From Phaeosaccion multiseriatum (taxonomy: Eukaryota > Protista > Ochrophyta, other classes): 64,000 nt of DNA. The notes under the pieces are model-generated. The model had not been told where the DNA came from. It saw only the letters and a program-made list of their open reading frames with translations, and did not search any database. The DNA is taken from the NCBI GenBank assembly GCA_965112735.1, contig OZ218954.1, forward strand, positions 1,674,001 to 1,738,000, read 5' to 3'. This document shows, piece by piece, positions 1 to 12,076 of this stretch; position 1 is the stretch's first letter, and every line of letters begins with the position of its first letter. A program made the position numbers and the translations under genes.

Positions 1-2301
1 GTCCTTCAGGCAGACCTCGTCTCCCCCTCCCTCACTCATGGCGACTTTTGGACGAGGTACTTTTACAGAGCGGAACGGGTCATCAACCCAAGGCCCTCTG
101 TGTTGGTGCAGGGGCTGGGGGAGGACGACGATGAGCACGAGGAGCTCTCGTGGGGCGTTGACGACGATGACGACGAGGACAATGGTGGTGGTGATGATGA
201 AGAGAGTAGTGCTGCCAAGAAGCACGAGGAGGAGGACAAGGAGGGAAGAGATGAAGATGGACCAGCAGAACCCGCTGAGGGGACTGAGGATGAAGGATCA
301 TCTTGTGGAGCTGGAGCTGGAGCTGCTGTATCGCCTCTGGCAGGGGCGGTATCAGCCGCCCCGGCCTCACCGTCCTCTTCTCGAACAAGTAAGCCAACAA
401 GAGAAAGATGAGGCTGGAGAGGAGCCCCTATGACCTCTTGAGGTCTGGTTTCTGGTCTTGTACTCGTCAATGTGTGCCCCCTATTCCCCCTTGCTCTCGC
501 ACGGGGCGCCAACGAACGTCTCTAAGGGCGACACCTCATTGTCGTGCGCTCTCTCATCCGTCCCATCCGACCCCTTTTCTCTCTCCCCACAGAGGGCCAG
601 TCAGCCGCAGCAGCTCAGGAATCCCACTCTTCTGACGGCCGTGCTGCTGCCGTGGAAGAGTTGCGATCAACGCAACAAGCCCTCGCAAAGAGCAACTCGA
701 CGGTGGAGGCCCTCACTAAGGCTGCTGCCGCCGCTGCGTTGGAACTGGAGACGGAGCGAGCGGAAAATGAAGAGAAGATGAAGTTGTGGAAAGAGCGGGC
801 AGAGGTGCGTGGGTGCGTGCGTGCATGCGTGGGGGAAGGGGATGTGTGGGTGGTTGGGCTGGGGAAGGAGGCTCCTTGTCGACACAGCAAATTCCAACTC
901 GATGGCCGGTGCCGTGATGTGATGCGCTTCGATACCGATCCCGTTTATGGTTTTCGACCTTCAGTGGTAAGGTCACATGAATCGAAAAGTTCAGTATGAA
1001 ATGCAATACGCCTCTCCGTATCATCTGCAGGAGATGAAAGTGCAACGCAACAACTACACCAAAGATGCTGACGTGCTTCGGGAGGAGCTCGAGTGTCTCA
1101 AACAGCAGGTGAGTGAGTGCTTGCGAGAAGAGGGTTTGCTCCGTTCGGTCTCTTTGGAGCATCGTGCGCCCCCCCGATGGGACTTGTCGCGTCGAGTAGA
1201 GGGGCGCTCACTCCTATCTTGTTCCTTCCTTGCTCACTGACTCACTGACTGACTCACTGACTGACTCACTGACTGACTCACTGACTGACTCACTGACTGA
1301 GCGCCTCATCATGTGTCCTTTCTTCCTTGATGCGGAACACTCCATACTCTTATTACTCCGTACTCTATGAAATACACGAGCAGGTAGGCTCCGCGTCAAG
1401 AGGCGGAGGCTTGGAGGCGGGCAGCAGGGAGGGGACTGTCGATGAGCAGGTACGAGCAGCGGGAGGGTGGAGGGAAGGGTAGCTGCGTGTCTGTTTCAGT
1501 CCCATCGGGGCGCGCCCATAGTTCCTGGCCTTTGTACTATTTTTTAATCTTGAGCGTGGTTGGGTGCCCCCGACACCCTCTTTTCAGGTGAAGCGCTTGG
1601 AAGAGGAGCTGAAGGAGGCGAGGGAGATGATCGACCAGGTTAAGGCGGACAGGCACGAGGGTGTCATGGGGGCGCGTGAAGCGGCACAGGAAGCTCTCAT
1701 GACTGCTATGGAACAGGCCGAGGAGGAGAGGGAGGAGGCGGTGGCGGCGGCCTTGGCGGAAGAGCGGGAGAGAAGAGAGCAGGACGTGGAGATGGCAGTA
1801 AAAGAGGCAGTGGATGCAGCAGTGTCGGCGGTGAAAGAGGAGCTGGGGCAGGAGATTGAGCGCCTGCGGATGCGAGAGCGGGAGGTGCAAGAGAGAGCGG
1901 AGAGGGAGAGGGAGGAGGCGCTTTCAGCGATGGAGGTGCAGCACAAGGCGGAGGTAGGGGCATTGCGAACGAAATTGGAGGCCGCCGAAGAGGCAGCTGC
2001 TCAGGCAACTGCAGCAGCAGCAGCAGCAGCAGGAGGAGGAGGAGGAGGAGGAGGAGGAGGAACCGCAGCAAGGGGCGGGGGTGGGGAGAGCCCTACACCT
2101 GGGCAACAACAGCAAGTCACAGAGGACGACGGCGGAGATCAGGACTGGGGGGGAGAGGACGTCAAGAGCTGCTCCACGGAGAGCGCGATGCTCGTGAACC
2201 GCTCCGACGCTGCCAGTGAGGACAGAGGCGGCGCCGCGGAGATTCGGCTTCACTTGGATGATGAGGACGAGGGGGGGGCGTGGGACGACGAGTGGTCTTG
2301 A
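1..2301 (+). CDS. BSD-domain protein with C-terminal coiled coil (5'-partial, multi-exon)
   Basis: Frame 1 from base 1 reads VLQADLVSPSLTHGDFWTRYFYR (FW..YF signature at the end of a BSD domain), then an acidic EEELSWG region. GT-AG exons approx 1-388, 593-804, 1031-1108, 1384-1449, 1588-2301 encode E/A/R-rich coiled coil; TGA at 2299-2301. Confidence 0.7.
1235..1300. repeat. Intronic (CTCACTGACTGA)n repeat
   Basis: About 5 tandem 12-mers inside the 1109-1383 intron. Confidence 0.85.
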
Positions 2302-2837
2302 TCGGGAAGGGGGGATGAGTGAGTGAGACGAATGCAGCAGCAGCAACAGCAGGAGGAGGAGTGAGAGCTGAGAAGAAACGAGGAAAGGGAAGAGGCAGAA
2401 CGGCAGCCGCACGCTGTCATCCTCTTCGCCGTGTGGGGCACGTGTTGGTTCTTCGTTGTGGTTATTTGTGTCCCCCTGCCTGGGGCGGTTCTCCCTCGTG
2501 GCACACGGCACACGTGCATGTACATACGATCGTGATGATGGGAGCAAGGAGGGGTCCCGTTGGCTGGGGGTGGTGAAGGGAAGGAGGGGGGGGCAGGCAT
2601 GTTGGCAAGCATGGAGGCATGGAACCATGGAGGCATGCACGCAGCGAGGCAGTTGGCGCCTCTTGGTCTGCTGCTCTGGTGGTGGAGAGGAGAGGCGGTG
2701 CGGGGCCTGTCTGTGTCGGGGGAGGAGCAAGGGGGAGCCTCCCTCACATTTGAGCCCGAGAACTTCTCAGGGCAATCTACCATGGTACAAGACTGGGTGG
2801 GTTTTTGCGGTGCCTGTGTAAATAGCACCTCAGCCCA

Positions 2838-2878
<41 letters not shown>

Positions 2879-3150
2879 AGGAGAGAGTCGAGGCGTTCCG
2901 ACTCATGTGAATGATAGGGAAGGGGGATTATAGGGTTGAACTTACAGAACTAAAAAAAGAAGAGGTTTTCTCCTCGCGACGGCTCTTTGTCCCATGTCCC
3001 ACCCCCCAACTTTTTTCTTTTCTTTTTGTGACAGGATTGTAACAACAGGGGAGGCTCGGTCGGGCAGATAATTGGGTTGAAGAGTTGGTGATACATTGAG
3101 GAAAGAAGAGAAAAGCAACAAAAAGATAAAATATTACATTACATCACATC

Positions 3151-4384
3151 ATGATTGAGGCATGGTATATGGACGACGCCACGGACGTCGACCAGCGAGA
3201 GCCACACAGGAAGTGCCCTAACGAGCCGTGTGACGTGGATGCGCTGAAGCAGGTAAAGTAAACCTTTGCGCTGGAACTGCTCCTTCCCCTTTCTATATAT
3301 TAGGTGCTTGCTGCTCCATGACTTCTCGGGCAACGACCCTCCCATCACCATCACCGCCCCACACGCTGCAGTTGGGCGTTCTTCATTGGGCCCTTAACGC
3401 GGACAAGTTCGAGACGGACCCCGAGCTGCAGCAGATACGAGATGAGCGGGGCTACTCCTACCAAGACATAATTACGGTAAGAAAGAAAAAGACAGTGGAA
3501 TGAATGAAAGAGCGGTCATAGTGCTTGCTTTCTGACGGCCTTCTTTCAACATTGGATGTGTGCAGGTGTCTCCGGACAAGCTGCCAAACTACGAGGAGAA
3601 AATAAAGTCGTTCTTCGAGGTGGGTGTCAGTGCGGTTGGGGTGTGAGGAAAGCTGGTGACGATAATGCATTATGCAGGGAGAGAGGGAGGCTTGGCTTAG
3701 GTCTCGTCTCTCAAGCTCAGCTACATGCGCCGCAATGGTCCGCCTGCAACCCCTCCCACTGTCCAGGAGCACATCCACAGCGACGAGGAGATTCGGTACA
3801 TCCTCGAGGGAAGCGGCTTCTTCGATGTGCGAGACAAGCAAGACAGGTCAGGATGTTGGCCATACCCAGGACTCGGACCGAATGCGTATATGGCCTAGTG
3901 GAGAGGTCTGGTCGGTCAGTCAGTCAGTCAATGGATGGCCGAAGGGAAGCCCTACCAAAACCTTGAGAGAGCCGTTCTCACGCTTTCGTCTGCTGTCCTT
4001 AGCGGGCGGCAGCCGCCGTCGCCAGAGCCCAGCTTACCCAACACCGCTACACAACTGGACGACATTTCTTCTCATTCCTCCTGCTCATTATTTCTCTGTA
4101 TAGGTGGGTACGGATTTCGATGGGCAAGGGAGACATTATCACTCTCCCCGCCGGCATCTACCACCGCTTCACGCTGGACACCAACAACTACATCAAAGTA
4201 CGTATAGTATCAGTACTATTTTTGTTGCGATATGTAAGATGTCTCATTCATCCTCTCTACCCACCTCCGCTGCACCCCATGGCAGCATACCGCCACACGT
4301 ACGTCGTGCCTCACTGTATCTCACTATCTCAAGGCGTTGCTGATAAAAGTCTTTCAACAACTTTCACACGTCGCTCCCCCCTGC

Positions 4385-4423
<39 letters not shown>

Positions 4424-4624
4424 CCACTTTCCCTTGTATTACCTCACCTCCTCCCCTACCCGTTGGTCCTCCACATCACAACTGCGTCTGTTTTTTTTTC
4501 CCCTCATCGGCAGGCCATGCGACTTTTTGTCGGGGAACCCGTCTGGACCCCTCTGAACCGCCCTCAGGACGACCACCCTGCCCGGAGCAGCTACGTGCAA
4601 GGCTTGGGTCTCGCCCAAACGTGA
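3151..4624 (+). CDS. ADI1: Acireductone dioxygenase (methionine salvage; ARD/MtnD)
   Basis: Six spliced exons give [15 protein letters not shown] / [20 protein letters not shown] / [18 protein letters not shown] / [23 protein letters not shown] / [25 protein letters not shown] / [17 protein letters not shown]. Cupin metal ligands HxH..E..H are present. Confidence 0.96.
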
Positions 4625-4809
4625 GCCGGACTTACCAGGTGTTCTTGAGCATGTGGTCGCACGGGCTGAGCTCGACGACGCGCTGTGACTCGCGAGCCCG
4701 AGACGGGGGCGGGTCTCCCTCTTGACTCCTCGGTGCTCTGTCTGGTTGAGGAGAGAGTTCCAGTTTCATGTTTTTGGCTTGGTGCTCGTCGCGTCGCTGC
4801 TGTGTGTCT

Positions 4810-4861
<52 letters not shown>

Positions 4862-5536
4862 GGGGGGGGGGGGCGAGAGAGAGAGAGCACCAGAGGCCTG
4901 TCCTATTTTGGGGCGAGGACATCCGGCACAGGAGAAGAGGATCGAAGAGGAGAGGTCGGGGCGCCGCTGCTGTGCTGTGCTGTGGTGTGGAAGCGAAGGA
5001 GTGCTTGTTCGGCCGAGCTTGTGAGGGCGGCCGACATTGCAGGGGATTCGATACTGACGCAGACGAACGTAGAGAAATAGAGCCGGTGTACAGCAGGAGA
5101 GGAGAACCTCAAACCATTTATTATCGTGTCGAGAGGACTAACTAAGCTACATTCGACCCTCTCAATCCTCAAGCGACAGACGAATAGCCATGAAATGGAA
5201 ACGGAAACTAAGAAATGAACACCCCCTTTTTTCCCGTTCCGGGCTGCTGGCCGGGTCTTCGACGCCAACGTACGGTACCCCTCTAGAGCATGCGAGAGAG
5301 ACGCGGGAGAAGAATAAAGGCGAACGATTGGTGATCTCTACCCCAGAGCAGGGTAGTAAGAGGAGCCCCTAAAATCAAGGAGCAGCCCCTTGATTTGGAG
5401 TGTGCTCTCATCGGGGGGGAAATTCTTTCCCTTGAACGGGGGAGAGAATGGAAAGGCATTATAAGGAGGGTGGGGTTAGGTAGGTGTGGTGGTACCGAGT
5501 AGCTGACGAGTGTGGTGAGCTTATTGGGTATACGCA

Positions 5537-6597
5537 ATGGATGGAGTCGCTCAGCGGCGAAGGCAGCCTGGAGTTGAGGATGAGGAAGAGGAGGGGGAGG
5601 GGAGATCTGGGACGGCTGTGGGGAAGGCAGACAGCCCGGGCAGAGCGTCCGTGTCTACCGTGGCGACGACCAGCTTGAGTAGCAGCAGCAGTAGAGGAGG
5701 CAGCTTGCTGAGCTTTCGAAGCTTTCGTAGCAACGGAAGCGGCTCCAGCGTGGGCGAGAGCATCGAGGGCGACGCTTCCCCGACTGAGGGCACTCATGAC
5801 TACCCCCGGTTTGCGTCCGCCTTCTCCCCCTCTGCCGACCAGCCGTCCCCGGAGGAGGCTCAAGACCGCGTGGTGGATGGCAAGGGTGATGGGCAAGAGC
5901 AGCAGCCTGGGGATGAGCCTGACGGACACTGCTCACCTTCCTCGCCTACCCCGCGCATTTTCTTCTATCCACAAGCATTGCCGCCTCTAGCCCAGCGACG
6001 GCCGCCACCACCACATGCCAATAATGTTCTCATCGCGAGTGCTCCACCACCATCCCAGCACCAGCACCAGCCGCACCAGTACATGCAGGCACCGTCACCA
6101 CACCCTGCGAGACTTCGGAGCAGCAGCAACAGCAGTGGTACCGGGGCAGCTCCAAGTGGGGGTGTGGATACTTCTAGTGGGGGTGCGGACACGCGCTTCC
6201 CGGTCATGGGAAGGATTGCAACGTCATTTTTGCACAATTTCATGGCGGGCGGGGCGAGCCGCAGCAATAGTGAGAGCAACAGCACCAGCGAGAGTGACGG
6301 GGGCGGGGCGGGGGGAGGGAGGATGTTCAGGCTGGCGCGAAGGCGTGGAGGAGGAGGAGGAGGAGGAGGAGGAGGAGGAGGAGGAGGAGGAGAGGCAGAA
6401 GGAGATGCGGCAGCTGTCGTAGCCGCAGCTTCGGCGGCAGATGCTGCCGTAGTTACAACAGGGAGAGGGCGCGGGTATGAGCACAGCAGCAGCGGCGCTG
6501 CGGCAGCACGAGCGCCAGGAGTAACAACAGCAGCGGTGGATAGAGCGGGTGACTCGGGAGGAGGGCAGCGGCAGCTGCAGCTGCAGCAGCAACAACG

Positions 6598-6628
<31 letters not shown>

Positions 6629-6636
6629 CGACAACG

Positions 6637-6678
<42 letters not shown>

Positions 6679-9600
6679 GCAACAGCAACAGCAGCAGCAG
6701 CGGCAAGAGGTGGGCTGCACTGCCGTGTCTGCCGTATCACCAACTCCTGCAGGGGGGAGTGCCCACCCGCCCCCAGCCCCTCCTGGGCAGATGAATCCCT
6801 ACCTCTTCATTCAGAGGCTCCCTGCGTACCAAGAGGTAAGCGACTCCCCCCCCAATGCTGCGAGTCTTGCCCCCTCCGCGCCTTCCTGCGGCTCTCGGCA
6901 GCAGCAGCAGCAGCAGTAGCAGCAGTAGCAGCAGTAGCAGCAGCAGAAAGTGCAGCAGGGCTTCTTCAAACTCGCGCACAGTGTGTTGCGTGCACGTTTG
7001 TACGTGCGTGTGTTCAGCCCATTAATTTCGCTACACCTGTTGCCGAGCTCTCTCCCCTGCCCCCCCCCCCTTCTCCCCCTCCTTTGTGCTCTGCGTAGCG
7101 CTGGCATCTGTGGCGTGGCTTTGCTGATTGATGAAGGTGTTCTTGCTCCTCTCCCCCGCCTCCCTCCCTCTATGTCCGTCTGTGTGTGTCAAACGATGCA
7201 GGTTGCGGTTTCACGCCCTGCGATCCTTCCTCCTCGCACAGGAGAGAGACGCAAGCGAAAGCTCAGTCTCACCGGTCGAATAGAGCAGCACCAGCAGCAG
7301 CAGCAACAACAACAACAACAACAACAACAACAGCAGGGTAGGGAAAGAAGCAGCGGGCCAGCCGCACCCCACCCCACAGGCAGCAACCTCATCAGCAGTA
7401 GTAGCCCGGAAGAGAACCGTGGAAGGGAGCTTCCTGTCAGCAGCGGTAGCAGCGGCAGGAGTAGCAGCAGCAGCCGCGGCGGCGGTAGCGGCTGTTCGAG
7501 CGGTTCGATTTGTGGTGGGAATCGTGGTAGTGGAGACGGCGGTCAGGTATTCAACAGCAACAGCAGCAGTCAATCCCCCATCACTCAGGTATTCAACAGC
7601 AACAGCAGCTGTCAATCCTCCACCTCTCAGGTATTCAACAGCAACAGCAGCTGTTACTCCACCACGGCTCAGGTATTCAACAGCAACAGCAGCAGTCACT
7701 CTCAGGTATTCAACAGCAATAGCAGCTGTCACTCCACCACGGCTCAGGTATTCAACAGCAACAGCAGCTGTCAATCCTCCACCTCTCAGGTATTCAACAG
7801 CAACAGCAGCTGTCACTCCACCACCGCTCAGGTATTCAACAGCAACACCAGCTGTCACTCCACCACCGCTCCCGAGCCTCTGTGGAGTCTCAGCCAAGGC
7901 CTGACGCAGATGCAGATTGATAACACGCAGAGTACGTTCTACGGTGTTCCACTGGATTTGGACATTCGAAAGTACGGGGGCACGCAGATTGACGGTGAGT
8001 CAAAGCAAATACAGCGAGTCTCCGTCTCCCTCCTCCTCCCCCTCCTCCTTATGCTGACAGAAGGGGAGTGAAGTGTGCGGTGTCCTGTTGCCGTAGGGGT
8101 GGGGTGGGTGTGGGGGCTTGGGTGCTCACTGCCTGATGGTGTGTCGGTTCCTATGGCCTGGGCCCTGATCGTGACTGATTCGAACTCCCAACTTTGTCGT
8201 GTCTTTTCCCTGCTGCTTGCTTGTGTTCGACACATGGTCAATCATGCCAATCCCTTCGGCATACCCACACCGTAGAAGAAGGGCGTGGGGGAACAAGTGC
8301 GGACCCGGAGGCTGAAACTGAAACTGCACAGGTCACACACACGCACAGGCGCGCGGCCTCTCCAACCAGTCACAGCAAGAATAGTAGTAGTAGTAGTAGT
8401 AGTAGTAGCAACCTCAGCAGCAGCGGTAGGAGGAAACGACCTACGATCACCGGGGGGAGTGACCATCTTAACTTAGGGGAGAAGCGGGCTTCGTGGGCCA
8501 TGCCAACAGATTCACGGGAGATACATGGGGGACGGGTCACCACCACCACCAGCAGCAGCAGCAGTAGCAGCAGCGGCAGCAGTAGCAGTAACAGAAGCAG
8601 CAGCAGCAGTAGGAGCAGCAGCAGCAGCAGGCGGAGGGGGGCTGAAGGGACGGGAAGGAGCAACGCCGATGGCAGTGGGGCTGTGGCTGCTGACGTCATC
8701 GAGGAGGAGGTGAAGGAGTTGGCTCTACGGCAACTCTGTGTGATTGAAGAAGAGGGAGGAGGAGGCGTGCAGGAGACGGACGCATGCGCAATGGACATGG
8801 CTCCTCCTCCCCCTCCTCTTCCTCACCCTCCTCCTGCTGGTGCCGGTACCGCTGCCGCTGCTGGTAGCGCTACTGCTGGCACCGCTTCTTCATCATCATC
8901 ATCTTCTTCTTCTTCTTCTTCTTCCCATGCCTTGACGAGTGGAGGATGCGCGAGCTGCTCAACCCCCTCCTCCTCCATGACCCTCGTGCTGGACCTCGAT
9001 GAAACGCTCGTGCATTGCTCCATCGACCCTCTGCCCAACCCGGATGCCATCCTCCCTGTCTCGTTCAACGGAGAGGAGTACACCGTCTACGTGCAGAAAC
9101 GGCCGCACCTCATACCCTTTTTGAAGAAGGCTTCAGGTGAGGAGAGGGAGAGAGAGGGAACAGAAGTGGGGGAGAAGGTCGGACAGCAGTAGCAGCAGCT
9201 TCTTCTACTGACTCATCTTGTTTTTGTCTTAATGTTTGTGTTGCCGCAGCTCATGCCCAAATGACTCTAACCCTCCCTCCCACGTCTACCCCCTCCTTCA
9301 CTTTCCTACTTCTACACACTGCTACTACTACTACTACTATATACTTCTACTACTACTACACATACTTCTTCTACTCCCAAACTTTTTTTTTCTACTACTC
9401 TACTCCAACTGCTCCTGCTGCTCTACTACTGCTCTACTACCACTACGGTATGTCCCCCTAATGCCTTGTTGTGGCCTTCAGAGCTTTTCGAGGTTGTGGT
9501 TTTTACAGCATCCCAGAGTGCCTACGCCGATTCGCTCTTGGACACGATTGACCCAGAGGGACAGCTCATCCAGTAAGTCAGTGAACGGACATGCAGGGGG

Positions 9601-9689
9601 AGGGGAGGGGTCTGCTGCATCTAGCTAGTGCTACACTATGCACGTCTGGAGTGTGCCATACTCGGTCAAATCCTCTCTCGATGTCTCCT

Positions 9690-9735
<46 letters not shown>

Positions 9736-10121
9736 TTCTGGCTCTCTCTCTCCTGACTCTCCTCTCTCCACCTCTCTTCTCTTTCTTTCTCCCTCCCCCC
9801 CCCCCCCCCCCCTTCCTACCCATCCATCCCAGCCACCGCCTGTTTCGAGACGCTTGCCTGCCCGTCGGAGGAAACTTCCTCAAAGATCTCAGTGTCCTTG
9901 GCCGAGACCTCTCCCGTGTGGTGCTTGTAGACAACAGCCCGCACGCCTACGGATACCACTTGGACTCAGGCGTGCCCATCTTGAGTTGGTATGGCGACCG
10001 GTCGGATGTGGAACTGCTCAAGCTGTATGAGTTCTTACGTAGCATTGCGCATGCCAAGGATGTGCGGCCTGTGGTGCGGAATGTGTTTCGCTCGCAGGAA
10101 CTCGTCAACATGGCCAAGTGA
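5537..10121 (+). CDS. CTDSPL2: CTD small phosphatase-like 2 (SCP4/FCP1-NIF HAD phosphatase) with long low-complexity N-terminus
   Basis: Exons 5537-6835, 7202-7994, 8276-9136, 9482-9572, 9833-10121 are phase-compatible. Motifs: NPYLFIQRLP, TLVLDLDETLVH (DxDxT), VYVQKRPHL, FTASQSAYAD, KDLSVLGRDLSRVVLVDNSP. Confidence 0.9.
7543..7870 (+). repeat. 42-bp minisatellite, 8 copies (QVFNSNSSCHSTTA-like 14-aa repeat)
   Basis: Unit TCAGGTATTCAACAGCAACAGCAGC plus a variable tail; one unit shortened to 33 bp; frame preserved. Confidence 0.95.
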
Positions 10122-11404
10122 GTCTTTTTTCTGAAAGTTTCAGTCAGTCTCAGTTGCAGCTGTTACCGCCACGCCACCTCCCCAATGTTATAACCAAAAT
10201 CATGGCGTGTATATACCCCCCCCCCCACTTGTCCGTCCGTCTTCGCAGGGCCTCGTGAAGAGAACATTCACTACGCTCAAGCTCGGAGACAGACAAACGC
10301 ACACAGAGAGAGAGGGAGAGAGAGAAAGAGAGAGAGAGAGAAAGAAAGAGAGAGAGAGAGAGAGAAGGAGGAGGAGGGAGTGCTCGGGACCAGGCATCCG
10401 CTACCATCTTTGACGTCCCAGGGGGGGGGTGTTCCTACGAAGGAGCCCTTTAATTTGAGGGGTGGTGGATGACAATGTCCAGAGGTTTAATTTTGAAACA
10501 AATGGTTTTACTTTGCCGATTCACGCGCCTGCCTCAGGCAAGAGTGGCGGGTTGAGGGGGAGGGGATGACAGCGAGAGACTTTGCTTCCACGCCGATACA
10601 CGATATATGGGCGATGTGGCAACCCACCGCGGCTGGCCGCCGTTCGCTCTCGACCCCTTGCAGGAGACACGAGACCGAAGGGGCGACATGCACAACTGAT
10701 AACCACAGCGACAGACACAGCAACACCAGCCCTCATTGAGGCGTTAAGTAGGACTGAGGGAAGGAAGGGCTTTGAGAATGATGAGGTGGGGTCGGGGAGG
10801 GGAGGGGAGGGGAGGGAGGGGGGCCAGTCAGTCCCAAGGTCATTGGTCAGCAAGGAGAGCGTACAAGTCATGAGAAAGCGTGGTCGTACCGACCGAAGAT
10901 AAGACAACGCATAATAGAAGAGGAGATTGACCGAACGTCGCTATCGTCGACCATCGACTTGATGAAGTACTGTACATGTGTGTGTACACTCTCGCCACTC
11001 ACTCCACTCCATCTGTGGTCAGATCAAGCGCGTTCCTCTTCGCTACAGTAAGGCCCTGATCATCTGCCCCGACACAGAAACCATTCTTATAAACAGACAA
11101 AATGAAGCCACGTGTGGGGTGGGGGCTGGGGCTGGTGGTGATGTAGTGTGTATTTTGGTTCGGCGAAACAGACGTTATCCCGTTTGTAATGGGTTCGTGG
11201 GTGGGTGGCAAAGCTCTCAAGTGTGAGCATTGAGCAAGAGCAGAGAGGGAGAAGAAACAAGTAAGAGGAGGGTGGGGCTACTATGCTGCAACTATGCTGC
11301 TATCCCCAGAGGGAAGGTGCCACCTGCTGCCACCCCCCCTCCTTCTCCTGCTGGCTGCTGTGGAGCAACACGCCATGCTACTGCTGGAAGCGAGTAAAGC
11401 ACGG

Positions 11405-11453
<49 letters not shown>

Positions 11454-12076
11454 AGTTGCGTGCACAGGGCACTACCCTCCCATCCCCCCTCACACTCCAG
11501 CGCCGTCAGCCCTCCATCCGCCTGAGAAGAAATAGGGCGACACCCCCCCCCACCCTCCCCGCAGCGCATTCGGTCTATACCCCTCCGCACTCTCTTTGCC
11601 GCGAATCCGTCCATCTCATCCAAGGAAAAGCCGCAATAAGTCCAGTCCAGAGGCCCACGGCGGGCAAACGGGGCGAGAGAGGGGTGGGGCAGCAGGGCGG
11701 TACTCGAAGAACTTGCACCATGCAAGCAAGCAAAACCCACCACCACACACAAGCCTCTCTCCTCTCCCATTCCCTCTCCACCTCCATCACCGAAGATGGC
11801 CGCCGCACCAGCCCACCACCAGAGCATGTTGGGGGCAAAATTTACTCTTCAAAGCGCTTGTGGGCAGTCCTGCGGTCGTCCATATGGGGTGGTACGTACT
11901 ACCGCCCCCCCCCCCCCCCCCCCCATCTTTCCTTCCTCTTCCTCCCCCTCCTCTTCCTCGCCATTCCCCCCCCCTCCCCCCCCTCTCACAGCGCATCTCT
12001 CGGGAGGTTCCATGTTCCATGTGGTGCCATCCATCTGTCTATAGGAGGGGGGTTCCAACTTGTGCCATCCATCCGT

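Noticed and set aside
7543-7870. CRISPR-like array (constant ~25-bp repeat plus variable segment)
   Set aside because: The 'spacers' are only 8-17 bp, are related to each other and recur; units keep the reading frame inside a eukaryotic exon; no cas genes are present.
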